This document shows, one piece after another, positions 52,723-64,000 of a stretch of DNA of 64,000 nucleotides (the stretch's first letter is position 1; the number at the start of each line of letters is the position of its first letter). Made by a program: the position numbers and the translations under genes. Below the pieces are notes generated by a model, which saw nothing but the letters and a program-made list of their open reading frames with translations, had not been told where the DNA came from and made no database searches. Source of the stretch: Ramazzottius varieornatus (taxonomy: Eukaryota > Animalia > Tardigrada); contig BDGG01000002.1 in the NCBI GenBank assembly GCA_001949185.1, positions 2,725,826-2,789,825 on the forward strand, given 5' to 3'.

Positions 52723-53040
52723 ATACTTTTGTAACGCTTGTGGCAACGGTTCGCTAAAAACCACCCAGGTCACACCGTGTGGCTTGGCTCATTCTCTCAG
52801 CTTGCCTGTCCCGGTATATTCGTAAGACAGAGGTACTGTACACGCAGGACGAAAAATTATGGTACAGTAAATATTATGGGACAGGCCTTTTCGCTGCGGC
52901 GGTATGGAAGCACGTATGTACGCGACCGATTCACAGTAATACATTTTTCGATACTTTTCTACGGCCAAATTTCCATCTTGCCGTCTTTTCCTCCTGTCCC
53001 ATAATTTTTACTGTACCATAATATCTCGTCATGCGTGTAC
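52723..53040. repeat. About 320-bp direct duplication with 57021-57338, including a CACG-MITE (52838-53040) and about 115 bp of flank
   Basis: ATACTTTTGTA(A/G)CGCTTGTGGCAACGGTTCGCTAAAAACCACCCAGG...GACAGAGGTACTGTACACGCAGGACG is almost identical at both sites. Confidence 0.93.
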
Positions 53041-53599
53041 GTACATCGATATCGGAGCCAATTCAAGAACTTTCAACTTCAAGCCAGGCAGAGGCATGAG
53101 AAAGAGCCCTATTACTGTATTCAAGCAACCGATTCTTCACAGGTGGCAGCCCCGTCCTCCGAAAGATCCACTTGACCTAAAAGTACAGTGTAGGCAAATA
53201 AGGTACTCTAAGAGGGGGCAAGGCCAAAATCGACGTGACGCAGAAAGCAAACAGCTGATCAAGCTGCAATCCAGAGACGTGAACTGCCGCTTGATCTGCT
53301 GATTACTTCGAGCCGGAGTTTCTACGTCACTTGGCGAAAACTCGATTTTGGCCCTCCCCCTTCTAGAGTAACTTAATTGCCCACACTGTACAAATTCCGC
53401 CGCGGAATGACGTTTATTGAGCGAATTCCGAGCGGAATAACTGTATAAAAATGGGATGGCGACGTGGTATGTACGTGTTTCCATCAAATTCCACGTTGGT
53501 GTTCCGTTTTTCTACGCTTATTCCCGCTCCAAATTCTCTTAAACGACTTTGTTCCGAAGCGGAATTCGAACTTTAACTCGACCCACTTCGCCAGCTTTT

Positions 53600-54540
53600 A
53601 CACTTAGGATTGTAACGTATCCGTGGTAATGCAGAACATTCCATCGGGAGAAACCTTTCCAGCGAACAACAATGTATCAGCCTAAGTGTATCTTGATGTT
53701 CTTGCTGTTCACAGTGGCTTAGACTTGCCTTTGTAACGATTTGCACGAGAAGTCTTTTGATTCTTGTCCCCTGAAATCAAGTTACAAATTACTGTACGCG
53801 AAAGACGTCAGAGCGATTTGTCACGAACTTACCGTAACAGGACCTTTTATACATATTAACATTTACACCACGACCCTGTAATTTGCGCCGGTATTCTTGA
53901 GCTGATTTAAACGATTCTCTGATTAACCAAGTCGCTGAAGTCGCCGCAATGGCCATCATGTCTTCCACACGGTGTAACAAAATCAAATGTCCAAAGGTGT
54001 CGTTGAAATCTTTTGCTATGTGCAAGCTTCCGAGACCACCCTTTGGGATCAACTTTAAACTTGGCCATCGCAGTTGCATCCAATGTCGTCAAGCATGAAC
54101 TTACGATTTCTCCACCTGGCTATAGCCTTGACCCAGCATCGGGACCAGCACCAGATGAAACAACTGCGCCACCACTATAACGTTCATGTTCAAAAAATAC
54201 TCCAGACTTCGAATAACTCCGTTCGATATTTGGCACACCGTAGGACTGGAGGAAGTTTCCGGCTCCCGCAAGAGACGTCAATTTGTTCAGCGGCGACCGA
54301 ATTCCGGCAAGTAAGCCAGCCTAGATTACTATGTGGAACGAAAGTACCCAGATAGCAACAGACCAAGCATAGCGGTTTCTAGCCCTGATGAGATCCTTCG
54401 CCGGAATCAACCGCACCACGGATTCTGACAGTCGAGACATCAAAACTTGTAAATAACGTCTCTTCCAGATCATGATCATGAACATGAATACCTACTAGCT
54501 AGTGGTCCTGAACACTGGGAAGGCCGAGCGGATGCGATAA
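53600..54540 (-). pseudogene. Old, divergent GR-family pseudogene remnant (limits approximate)
   Basis: MIMIWKRRYLQVLMSRL...YAWSVAIWVLSFHIVI*; KDFNDTFGHLILLHRVEDMMAIAA; exon-2-like GMFCITTDTLQS*; several stops and frameshifts. Confidence 0.5.
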
Positions 54541-55150
54541 AAACCAAGCGAGGATACAAATGAGGGGATGACGGGTCAGGCTCTTCTGACCACTGAACCT
54601 CCTTCCCCCTTCATCCTCTTCCTACTCGGGCTGTCACCTTCTCTGATTGCCCTTTGTTTTGCGGAACCGTCGCGCGGATGTTATGATGCCGTCAAGATGA
54701 GCCGCTATGTAATCGGGTGTCTGAATAAGGCCGATGGTGACGGTGGCAAGTGTACCAAGATCGGTATCGAAGGGAAGAACTTCTCATTACAGCTACTTAC
54801 CTTGGGTTTCGCGACGTTGAATGAAATTGGTTACGTTGAAAGTCCGGACACCCACGTTTACCACAGAAATGGTTCTAAGATCAAAGATATGGCAGGTTCC
54901 TGATTATTTCTGACAGGCACCTGATGTGTGTCCGATATGGAGCCGCAGTTTTTCCGGAGAAAAGACTGGAAGTATACTGTAAGTATACTGCGAAGAAATA
55001 ATACACTGTAGTAAACGAGACACTGGGGACCAGAATCATAAGTTCCATGCTGTCAGCCGGGCTTACTTGGTGCCCAGCAGTCTACGAAAGGCATACCCAC
55101 CGGCGCGATTTCGCATAGTGATGTTGTCGAAGTTCCCTCACGTGCAGTGT

Positions 55151-55795
55151 CTAAGCTCTGTTTCATCTACCGATGGGTGGTACTTTCAGCCTCCTGGCCA
55201 ACCCATCCAACATTTTTTATGGAATCTTTTAAGGCCATAGTTCTTAGTTCGCGAAGCGGGTCAACTTGGCCGTTTTAGAAAGTTAAGATCAGTTCTTGAT
55301 CATCCCGCTACGGGGGAAGATCAACTGATAGGATCTGATCCTCAGTATGTACGATCCTCCACACAGTCGTAGGCGTGAATCCGTCCCGGGTAGTGAGCAC
55401 GCGGCAGACCGGCCAATCAACGGTCAGCTGTNNNNNNNNNNNNNNNNNNNNNNNNNNNNNNNNNNNNNNNNNNNNNNNNNNGTGTGATACTGCACATTCA
55501 TGCTCGACTAACTGACAGCTGACCGTTGATTGGCCGGTCTGCCGCGTGCTCACTACCCGGGACGGATTCACGCCTACGACTGTGTGGAGGATCGTACATA
55601 CTGAGGATCAGATCCTATCAGTTGATCTTCCCCTGTAGTGGGATGATCAAGAACTGATCTTAACTTTCTGATACAGCTAAGTTGTCCCACCTCGCGAACT
55701 AAGAACCATGCCCGTAAAAGAATCCATAAAAAATGTTGGATGAGTTGGCCAGGAGGCTAAAAGTACCACCCATCGGTAGATGAAACAGAGCTTAG
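55151..55795. mobile_element. Foldback element: inverted arms of about 280 bp around an assembly gap
   Basis: CTAAGCTCTGTTTCATCTACCGATGGGTGGTAC... at 55151 mirrors ...GTACCACCCATCGGTAGATGAAACAGAGCTTAG ending at 55795. Outer halves carry scattered mismatches; inner halves are nearly identical. Confidence 0.75.
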
Positions 55796-57135
55796 CTGTT
55801 ACGCGGGCTCAAGACTGCTAAAGACTAGCTATAGGGGATACGGGCAGTAAGCTGACATAGTTCTGAACTATAGTGTACCTATCGGATGAATCCAAATTTT
55901 GACCGGTAGCGCATGGAAATAACACTCTTTTAGCACATTGAATTAGCACAATAATGACAAAGGAATATCTGGACCCGCTTCAAATATGTGAGGTGCTCAA
56001 AACTTCTGTAAACTCAAAATTATAGAAGAAAACGATCTGTGGAATACGCTAGCTTTCATACGAATTTGGCTACCCCGAGCTCCTGTTAGGTATGTTAATA
56101 TGACTTTGCGGTTTTCGGCGGAATACTTTCAAAAGTATTTTCAGAGCTCGTGTACAGACATTCAAAACTGTACAGACATTATCCACTTTCGAAGTTTGAA
56201 AAGTTTTGCTTTCGACCGGCTATCGAAGCAAGTGGTTTTGAATCGTCCGATGTCAGTTCTTCCAAGCGTTTTCTCCCACCTGGCTAACTGATGGAGTAGA
56301 CTATTCTCGCCAAAACTGAAACGGGCACCCGCTAGCGTATTCGTTGAGGTCTTGTTTACCGTAGTGTCTGAATTTTGAACTGCTTTGGTGTGGCTACAAG
56401 AAATAAAACTCTAGGTGGAGGTAATTTTCGAAAATTTGCGTTCGCGAAGCTTTCTCGTACAAAACCACACAAATGCGCGGATCAGAGTTTCCAATACCTT
56501 GGGCAAAAGACTATTGTATCTACTGTTATTTTCGAAAAGGAGAAACGAGAAATTTTGCCATAGGCCACAGATATGAATTTTCAAAACTTCCCTCTGAAAA
56601 ACCGCAAAGTCATACTGACAGACCTAATATCTTCGTTCGAAAGGTATTTTGAAGATTCTTTTAAAGACTGGTGGTTTTGTCTGTGCGATCACGTGACTCT
56701 TTGAATGAAGTTAGGAGGTGGCGAAATACTTGTGAGAGACAGTGTGATACTAGGCACTGATGAAACGGCGTTTTCTGGTTCGTCGAATTCAAACGCGTCA
56801 AGCTCGTGACGTGCCGCGCAGGTGCAGTGCTCGGGTAACTCCATGTTCCGGGTTTGCGGTGGACTAGTTCCGTCAACGAGCTCTTTGATGAGTATTACAA
56901 TAGACAGCGCAGACGCAACAGACTAAGAGGATACTAACGGATTAAAACAGGTGAAAACACCAACCGGAGCTTACATAGACTTACGGTCACGAGAAGATTT
57001 CGAGTAAAGAAACCCACAGTATACTTTTGTAGCGCTTGTGGCAACGGTTCGCTAAAAACCACCCAGGTCACACCGTGTGGCTTGGCTCATTCTCTCAGCT
57101 TGCCTGTCCCGGTATATTCGTAAGACAGAGGTACT

Positions 57136-57338
57136 GTACACGCAGGACGAGAAATTATGGTACAGTAAATATTATGGTACAGGCCTTTTCGCTACGGCGG
57201 TAAGGAAGCACGTACGTACGCGACCGATTCACAATAATACATTTTTCGATACTTTTCTACGGTCGAATTTCCATTTCGCCGTCCTTTCCGCCTGGCCCAT
57301 AATTTCTATTGTACGATAATTTCTCGTCCTGCGTGTAC
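57136..57338 (-). mobile_element. CACG-MITE family copy in intron 1 of the GR pseudogene
   Basis: GTACACGCAGGACGAGAAATTAT at both ends, inverted. Confidence 0.9.
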
Positions 57339-57346
57339 ATATTTCA

Positions 57347-58387
57347 CCTGCCAGTTCGTGCAGTGAGACCAAGGGACTTAGCAATACCGTGCAGTAAACC
57401 AGGAAAACCAGCGCGCTGGTGAGTAATAGACCATCGTTGTCACCTGCACGCTGCCCGTGTTGGCCACTCTTGCTCCAAATCCCAACATGGAACAAGAATC
57501 CATAGCGAAAATGATGAAACGGATGGTGCTGAAGAATTCATTAGCCTCTTTCAGTAACTGCAGGATCGGGGTGTACTTGGTTTCCCACGCTGATATCTTG
57601 CCCGAGACCACTCTAGGTTTGGAAGGTGAGTGATCTTTACAAGGGTGAACTTTCGCGATAGTCAAGTGATCTACGTCCGACTGCATGGAAGCGTGAATAT
57701 TCTGTAAGGCGTCGTGGACCACACCGCAGAAGACCAACAAGCAAGTCAGAATCTGCTGCGACAGTAAGAACGGGAGTATGCCGAAAAATATGTAAAGCGT
57801 GAAGTACTTCCAAGTAGCGAACTTGAGAGGTACCGGAGTGTACATGTCCTCCCAGTATAAGCCTTCGTTGATTGTAGTGAACATGCTGGAGTAAAAGATC
57901 CAGTCGCCAATCTCTCACCCGATCTGAAGGATCAAAGTCAAAAACGACAGTGCGACAGAACGCTTCATCTACTTTCGTATGACAAAGTACCGGTCCGAGG
58001 CATCAGGGAAGCAGATAACTATCGCGTCGTAAAGATTACCCTTCAGAGCTTGCCAGTCGTGCCGGTGAAAGAACAGCGCCACCGAAGCGACGAACCCACG
58101 GACATGCATGGCGGAGAATGGGAGGACCAAGAGAATATGTAGTTCGGGTTGTCCGGTTTCGGGTCGAATGCGTCAAGAGCGGCTAACGTAATCTCCCAGA
58201 CAGCGGTCAAATAGTGGAGTACGGTACTGTAACAGCAGCCCAGCAGGTATAACATTCCCAGGACCGGAGCGAAGTTGACAGTAACACATTTTACTATTTT
58301 ATGCGGAAATGAACTCGGTTTCCGGCCGGAAGTACTCAATGGAAGTAAGCCGAAAAGTTTAAGCAAAACTTCTTGGAGAACAAACAT
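57347..58387 (-). pseudogene. GR-family pseudogene (exon 1)
   Basis: MFVLQEVLLKLFGLLPL..., frameshift near 58135, LPFSAMHVRGF...IRK*MKRS...IG*EIGDW (two conserved Trp codons changed to TAG and TGA), PFLLSQQ, ANEFFS, and a further frameshift before LHEL. Confidence 0.85.
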
Positions 58388-58640
58388 TTCGGTTATCGTT
58401 AAAGAGTGAACTTATTGGAATGTACAAGATGCAGGATTCGTAAACATGTTTCTTGTGAATGGAACCAGCTGGCTCGTGAGAAGCTCATCCTACAGGTTAT
58501 CCGTTGTTTTTACGACCTTGAAAAGTCCCCTGTCAATTCTGCTACTTTAATGTACTCCGCACGTCACCCTGTCAGAAACTTTACCATGTTTTGCACACAC
58601 TGCGCATGGCTGAGGGGTGATGGTGAATTTGGTTCGGCGA

Positions 58641-61237
58641 TCAGGTCTGCGGTAAACTGAGGTGCCGTTCCATGCTCTTGTCCGCCAACTGTTTAACTAC
58701 CACGACAAGTGAAACTGCCACCGTGACGGTCTGAGAAAAGAAGTCTCTTATATGCTGTTCCCGGTCGCGAGTAGTGGCAGAAGAATAAATTAGTTGTACA
58801 CGCACGATGGGAAACCATAGGATAGCGAAAATTATGGGCCAGGAGGAAGAACGGCAAATTGACATTCTGAGTGCCATCCAGAAATAAACGTCGAACATAC
58901 AACGTAACGCAGTGAAATTTAACCGTAGAAAACTGTCATGAACAGTGCCCTCATGTACTGCCTACAGTGCCTAAATGTATTGGCCGATCAGTTCTCCCCG
59001 ACTTTTGCGCTCTGACGATGCGGATGGTTCGTTTACCTTCATCCAGAAAACTTCTAAAATTCTTATCGTCTCTGTAAGCGATCTTCAGACTGTCTAGTTA
59101 CTGTAATGAATATGACGTGCTTCCTTGACTGAGTATCCAGCACGTACTACCGCAATGCCATCCTCCAGTGCTGGTTCTTACTTGTATCAAGAATCACCAG
59201 TTCGTGCCGCCGTAGCGAAAAGGTCCGGCCCATAATTTTTGCTGTCTTATAATTTATCATCGAACGCGTACGTACCTCGATTAGAAACCTCCTCGTACAA
59301 TGATAGACGCCACCCCCATCGACAATGCAAGGGTATCTGAGAAGACCTCGAACCCATGATATCTTACATGAGTTTATGCGGGTTGTCAGCTGGGACAAGG
59401 AAAAACATAACGCCTGACTCTGCAAAAACAAGTCTATTCTACTAGGGTTTAGCGCTCGGTTGATCATTGACAGTTGAATCCGACTTTCTGACTGACAGGG
59501 GAACGGTTTCTGAGCTCACGCGAAATGTTTCAGTGTTGCCCTTTTTATGCATTGAACAGACCCTCGATACAGCAGAAACCTTCTAAGAACAGTTTTGTTA
59601 TCGACAGTTCGATCTGCGGTCAAATCTGGTGGTCTGGAAGATGCACGCCCTTGATGGGAAGCAAGCAATTGTAAGTGTCAGAGTGAGCGGCGTTCAGTTC
59701 GAAATTTCTTCGAATTCGAAGAGTGGTATCTGCCGAGTCGTCTGCTTCATGAAAGTTGTCTAAGAGTCTCCTCGATCATACAAACAGCAGAACTCAGACG
59801 TTTCGGGTGAGCTCTGAAACCGTTCCCCTGTTAGTCACGTTAGCTACCAGACACTGGACAAACATTTTTTTCTAAAACATTGTTTTGCACTGCTTTAACC
59901 TACAGGCGCACACTTTGTACCATAGTATAGATGTTTCGTAAGCTTCATACCTGCTCGTGAAGTCTTATGAGAGGCGCGAGAAATATCGTTCCGTAGGACC
60001 CGAACACCAACGCGCTGGAAAACAAAAACGCAAACAAAGCCGTCATTGGTTCCGACGAGCCCGCAAGTCCTGCGATGCCAGCGGTCAGTCCAAGGAGGCA
60101 AAGAAAATCGCAGGAATAAGTAACGAAAAAAATCCAGCTAAAAACATCATGCAGGGCGTCCACAACCTGTAGAACAGCTATATGCTGAGTTTGCCATTCT
60201 GCAATGCTCTTGTTCAGAGAGTCTGTTCTGGTTTTCCGTTCATCTGTTGTAGTCATTTCAGTCCTTGTATCTAACATAAGCATTTCATTTTCCATCTGAA
60301 TTCTAATGCACCATATCATCTCCGCCATTACACCGGAAATGATGATCAAGACAGACAGCGGAAGCTGTGAGATCAGAAAAGGTACTACGGAGAAGATGAA
60401 ATAGACGATAACCTGGTGGTACGTTTGAACTCGCAACGGGAGCAGTGAGTACGCGGTTGTGAAACTCAGCATTGCATCTACAAATGAATTAGATCGGGCA
60501 CTCAGATAGTACGTCCACTCCACAATTTCGAAAGCTAGATGGATGAGAAGGAAAGTCACAAGGAGCTTTACTGATCGTCGTCGCCATTTTATGACTAGCG
60601 TTTGTCGATCGTTAGGCGTAGTCTGCGCGATCAAGGAATCGAATTTCGTCTGTAGGGATTTCCACTTGTTTTGCTTACAAAATACAATCAGGAAGACCAC
60701 TGAGCCACGGATATTCAACCAAGCAGAAGGAAAGTTGGATAAGGTCACCAGCAAATTAAATGGCTGGGACGATTCACTACTGTTGCTCGTCGAAGGTACC
60801 ACAGAGAAAACTGACGCTAGTTCGTACAGTGAGGCAGCGGCCAGAAGGCACATGAGCGCCAGGGAACCAAGCAGAATACAAACACCAAACAACTTTGTGA
60901 GAAATGGGAAAGCAAGGATCGACCATCGAGCTGGCTTATGTCCAATAAATACATCATTAAGTCCCACGCCAAACAGACTAAGACATTTCAGTTGCCAGCC
61001 CAAGATCTGAACAAAATATCCAACTGAAGACATTTTCATTATACCCATAACAATAAAATTGCACGGTGAAATAAGCCCAATAAATTTGGCCAATGCGTGA
61101 AACGTTTTCGTTTCTGCTCCGCGCGCCAGTGAAATTTGATACTGCATAGTTGTGAATAGTTTGGTATTGATACTACAACATGATAGATTGCCCGGGAATG
61201 AAACAACATGCGCAGCTGCCGACGTTTGAGGAAACAA
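58641..61237 (-). CDS. Gustatory-receptor-family gene 3; exons (start probably about 61033-61050)-59951, 59419-59276, 58730-58641
   Basis: WQLKCLSLFG; LSNFPSAWLNIRG; KWRRRS; LHDVFSWIFFVTYSCD; LHEQ|SQALCFSLSQL...YPCIVDGGGVYHCTRRFLIE|TVTVAVSLVVVVKQL. Same intron positions as GR genes 1 and 2. Confidence 0.8.
58796..59271 (+). mobile_element. Long (about 475 bp) CACG-MITE family member in GR gene 3 intron 2
   Basis: GTACACGCACGATGGGAAACCATAGG ... CCATAATTTTTGCTGTCTTATAATTTATCATCGAACGCGTAC. Confidence 0.8.
59489..59837. mobile_element. MITE with TIRs of about 30 bp in GR gene 3 intron 1
   Basis: TGACTGACAGGGGAACGGTTTCTGAGCTCAC / GTGAGCTCTGAAACCGTTCCCCTGTTAGTCA. Confidence 0.85.
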
Positions 61238-61331
61238 CCTTTCACAACAGGTACCGGTGTTGTACTGTAGTATCAGATAGATAATTTACAAAGATCGAGT
61301 TACATCGACAGCAAATGGGAAACTTATCCCA

Positions 61332-62094
61332 TCACCTTTTCTTTTTCTGGACAGTTGATGGTGCCTTGGTTTTCCGCGACCTGTCCTCTTGCAAATGCTT
61401 CGAGTCGTAGGGGCCATTACTGCGCTCGCCATGCCCTCTGGTGCGAGCATCCTCCATGTGCTTTAGCTCTTCGTGTTCGTGTTGCAGTTGGGCAAGTGTC
61501 TTCTCCAGGCATTCAGCTTCACATTCCATGGTGGCCATCTTACTCTCTACTTCCACCTGAGTTTCCTGTTCTTCGCTGATCGACTTAGCCAGCTCGTCCA
61601 GCACTCTCGATGCAGGTAGACCTTTGAGGAACATTTGGGATATCTTTTTGATGAAACTTTGTATTCCGTCCTTCGTTCCGTTCTCCATCATGCCCAAAAC
61701 AAAATCTTCCCTAGTTATCTTTGTAACTTCCGGCACCTGAAATTATCAGCTTCACGGCAAGCTTTCCAAGCAAGGGACAGAGAACTATCACAGAAGAATT
61801 CCCGACTGGACACGTTATCTAAAACAGTGAGGAACAGAACAACAACAGTCCCAGAAACGTACGATCAGAATCTAATGTCAGACCAACATGGCTCTCGTTT
61901 ACATTTTTGTTCTCACCAGGAAGAGGCAACACCGGGTTTTGGCTTTCAGCAGCTGGTACAGGATTCGCGGCTTCTACTACCGTCTTTTGCTCAGCTTCGT
62001 TCTGACGTTTCTTCAGCATCATGCCCGAAGTCGGGCGAGACCTTGGCGCTGTGGCACTTGGATCGCCAAGCTTCTTTGACTTTCGTCTGTCCAT
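61332..62094 (-). CDS. Hypothetical basic, coiled-coil protein (probably two exons)
   Basis: ORFs 61819-62094 and 61332-61736 can be joined at a TTTCAG acceptor; heptad-like E/K/Q-rich segment and basic NLS-like ends. No family recognised. Confidence 0.55.
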
Positions 62095-62330
62095 CGCACC
62101 TCTTTACTCGTATCAAGCAACGTTTAGCTTCCAGGCTAACTTATTACCAGCGGTGCGAGAATCAACGTGACAACAGGCGGTACAAATAAAAACCAACTTG
62201 ACGACGTTATTTCCAAAGTAACCACGACAGTTTTCTCGTTGTTTGATCATAAAGAGGCTATGCTGCATAGATCAGTGGTAATGGTCAGAAGAGGGACAAC
62301 AGAGAGTATGATGAATCACAGAAGATATCT

Positions 62331-63184
62331 CTATCCTGTACGAAGAACGATATGACAGCCGGACTCGGTGAAGAACGGTTCGCTGATTTCTCCAGTGGTC
62401 ATTCCGAAGGCTACGTCCTCAAATGCTTTCTGCATTTGTCCCCGACCGAAGAAACCCAGATCTCCTCCCTTGTGCGCTGAGCTGCAGTCGCTGTACTTGC
62501 TCGCAATCTGCTCGAACGTGGCATCGCCGTTCTCAATCTGTTTTCGGTAGCCTAAAACGAAAACACTGACGAACCGGAAACTTCAGACGAGGGGCGGCTG
62601 AAAATGAAATCTGTACCCAGGTGCATGTTGCATGCAGTTATAAAGTGGAGATTGCATCATGAGCCCAGATACGCACAGTAGGCCCCAACAGTAGTAAATA
62701 CGGGGAACACAATGCGCACGTACGGTATGCGCAACCGTGCGCCACATTGTATGGAAATTCACGCATTCTGCGTAAACATCTCCCTCGAAGAAAACTTACC
62801 TTCAATAATGGCTAGTGCTTCGTCTTTGGAGCGTGTAATATTCTCCTGTCTCCAGGAAGATGGGCGACGAGAATCTCGGTGCTTGGCCAAGATGTGAGAA
62901 GCCCTAACTTGGCTGGTCTGATTGCTTCTAGCCGAACGAGCCTCTTCTTCCGTTGGCACTGTCCAGCGGCTTTCCTGTGTTTCGGTGTTGAAGTAATACT
63001 CCTTTCCTAAAATCACATGCTTCGGTAAACTTCTACCCAGTAGCTAAATGCCCCCACATCCGCGAATATCGGACGAAATATTTCAGTATCAACAGTACAA
63101 GAGTACCTTATGGCGTTATCGGCTTACTGTACCTGTAGACTTGCTGATGTTCTTTACCCATCCTGGAGGCAGCTGATCGCCCAT
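62331..63184 (-). CDS. PIN1: Peptidyl-prolyl cis-trans isomerase NIMA-interacting 1 (WW + parvulin), 3 exons
   Basis: [18 protein letters not shown]|[17 protein letters not shown]...[37 protein letters not shown]|YRKQI...[30 protein letters not shown]...[12 protein letters not shown]-stop. Confidence 0.96.
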
Positions 63185-64000
63185 GACGCATCAACAGTCT
63201 CAACAATGTCGTCCGAACACCTCTGCGAATCTGGAAATCGGCGAATCTGTGAGACGACTCTCCGGTCTCTCCGGAAGATAGCTTCAAAAATCAAGACAAC
63301 CTGCAATGCAATGTCATGGACAGCGGTGGACGGGGGGATCTACTCAGCCAAATATCCAATCACGGAACTGTCACTTACCACCTGCCAAGCACCGGCGGAA
63401 CAGGGAAACTTTATCATCAGTGCGCAAAGTCTACCTCTACTGAACAGGAGAACCGGTGTTCGGACGACATTCGGAACGGCATTTTTCATATGAACAATAC
63501 TGATTGACATATTGCCGTTCCAAAGCTGGGCTGCAATTGATCTTGCGATCAATCTTTTTGATATAGAAAATATCGTGCCGAATGTCCTTCGAACATAATA
63601 ACCTTTATTGTCCGAATGCTCTGCCAAGCTAAGTGCTTAGGGGACAAAATTTGAAGAAAAAAAATTGGCAAGAAAGCCGTGGAGAAAAAGAGAGCTGCTG
63701 TACAAAAATACAACTATACAACCAACAGAGGATCGATAAAATCCTTGCACCACTTCAGGTTTGAAAATTTAAAGTTTAACAAGTAGTTCTCAAAAGTGCC
63801 AAGAGTGAGCAACTGACCAGGACTAGGGCTAAAGAGTGGATCTTTGAGAATCTCTGCAGCAACGTAGGCGAAGGAGGCGATAGTGGAGTCCAACAGCTTG
63901 CACGATGCTGGAGCGAAGCTGACAGGTGACAGGAGAAAATCTTTGGACTGGCTCCTGGTGGTCCTTCCGGGCATTACTCTTTTCGTGATGAGGTCGCCAC

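Noticed and set aside
57910-57975. Stop-codon readthrough or recoding (TAG/TGA at conserved Trp positions) in the GR locus
   Set aside because: The same locus has frameshifts, and TGG to TAG/TGA are single transitions; pseudogenisation is simpler.
27837-59271. Dispersed GTACACGCACGA repeats as an ncRNA or CRISPR-type system
   Set aside because: Terminal inverted repeats, TA flanks, both orientations and irregular spacing fit a MITE family.
63714-63974. Minus-strand 86-aa ORF at the window edge
   Set aside because: It may be the last exon of a gene extending beyond the window, but no motif was recognised.

Overview
Intron-rich, compact animal genomic DNA, not prokaryotic. Short GT-AG introns, insect-type gustatory receptor (GR) genes, an r-type opsin and cyclase-less natriuretic-peptide-receptor-like genes suggest a non-insect panarthropod such as a tardigrade (inference only). 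The first 12 kb is a dense gene block: a fibrinogen-domain gene with a GC-AG intron, a two-Kazal inhibitor, a TIA-1-like gene, PSMC6/Rpt4 and RTEL1. 12-26 kb is mostly transposon debris: a decayed Helitron Rep between inverted copies of one hAT-like MITE, plus other hAT-like and foldback MITEs. 26.7-61.2 kb is a receptor-rich cluster. It holds an r-opsin-like gene with an NKR tripeptide, a sialomucin with a podocalyxin/CD34-like tail, two receptor-guanylyl-cyclase-type ectodomain genes with no intracellular catalytic domains and a shared 25-nt micro-exon, three apparently intact GRs and two GR pseudogenes. Two decayed mariners and at least nine copies of a CACG...CGTG MITE are interleaved, one inside a splice acceptor. 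A PIN1 orthologue lies near the right end. All gene models were spliced by hand; no database search was run.
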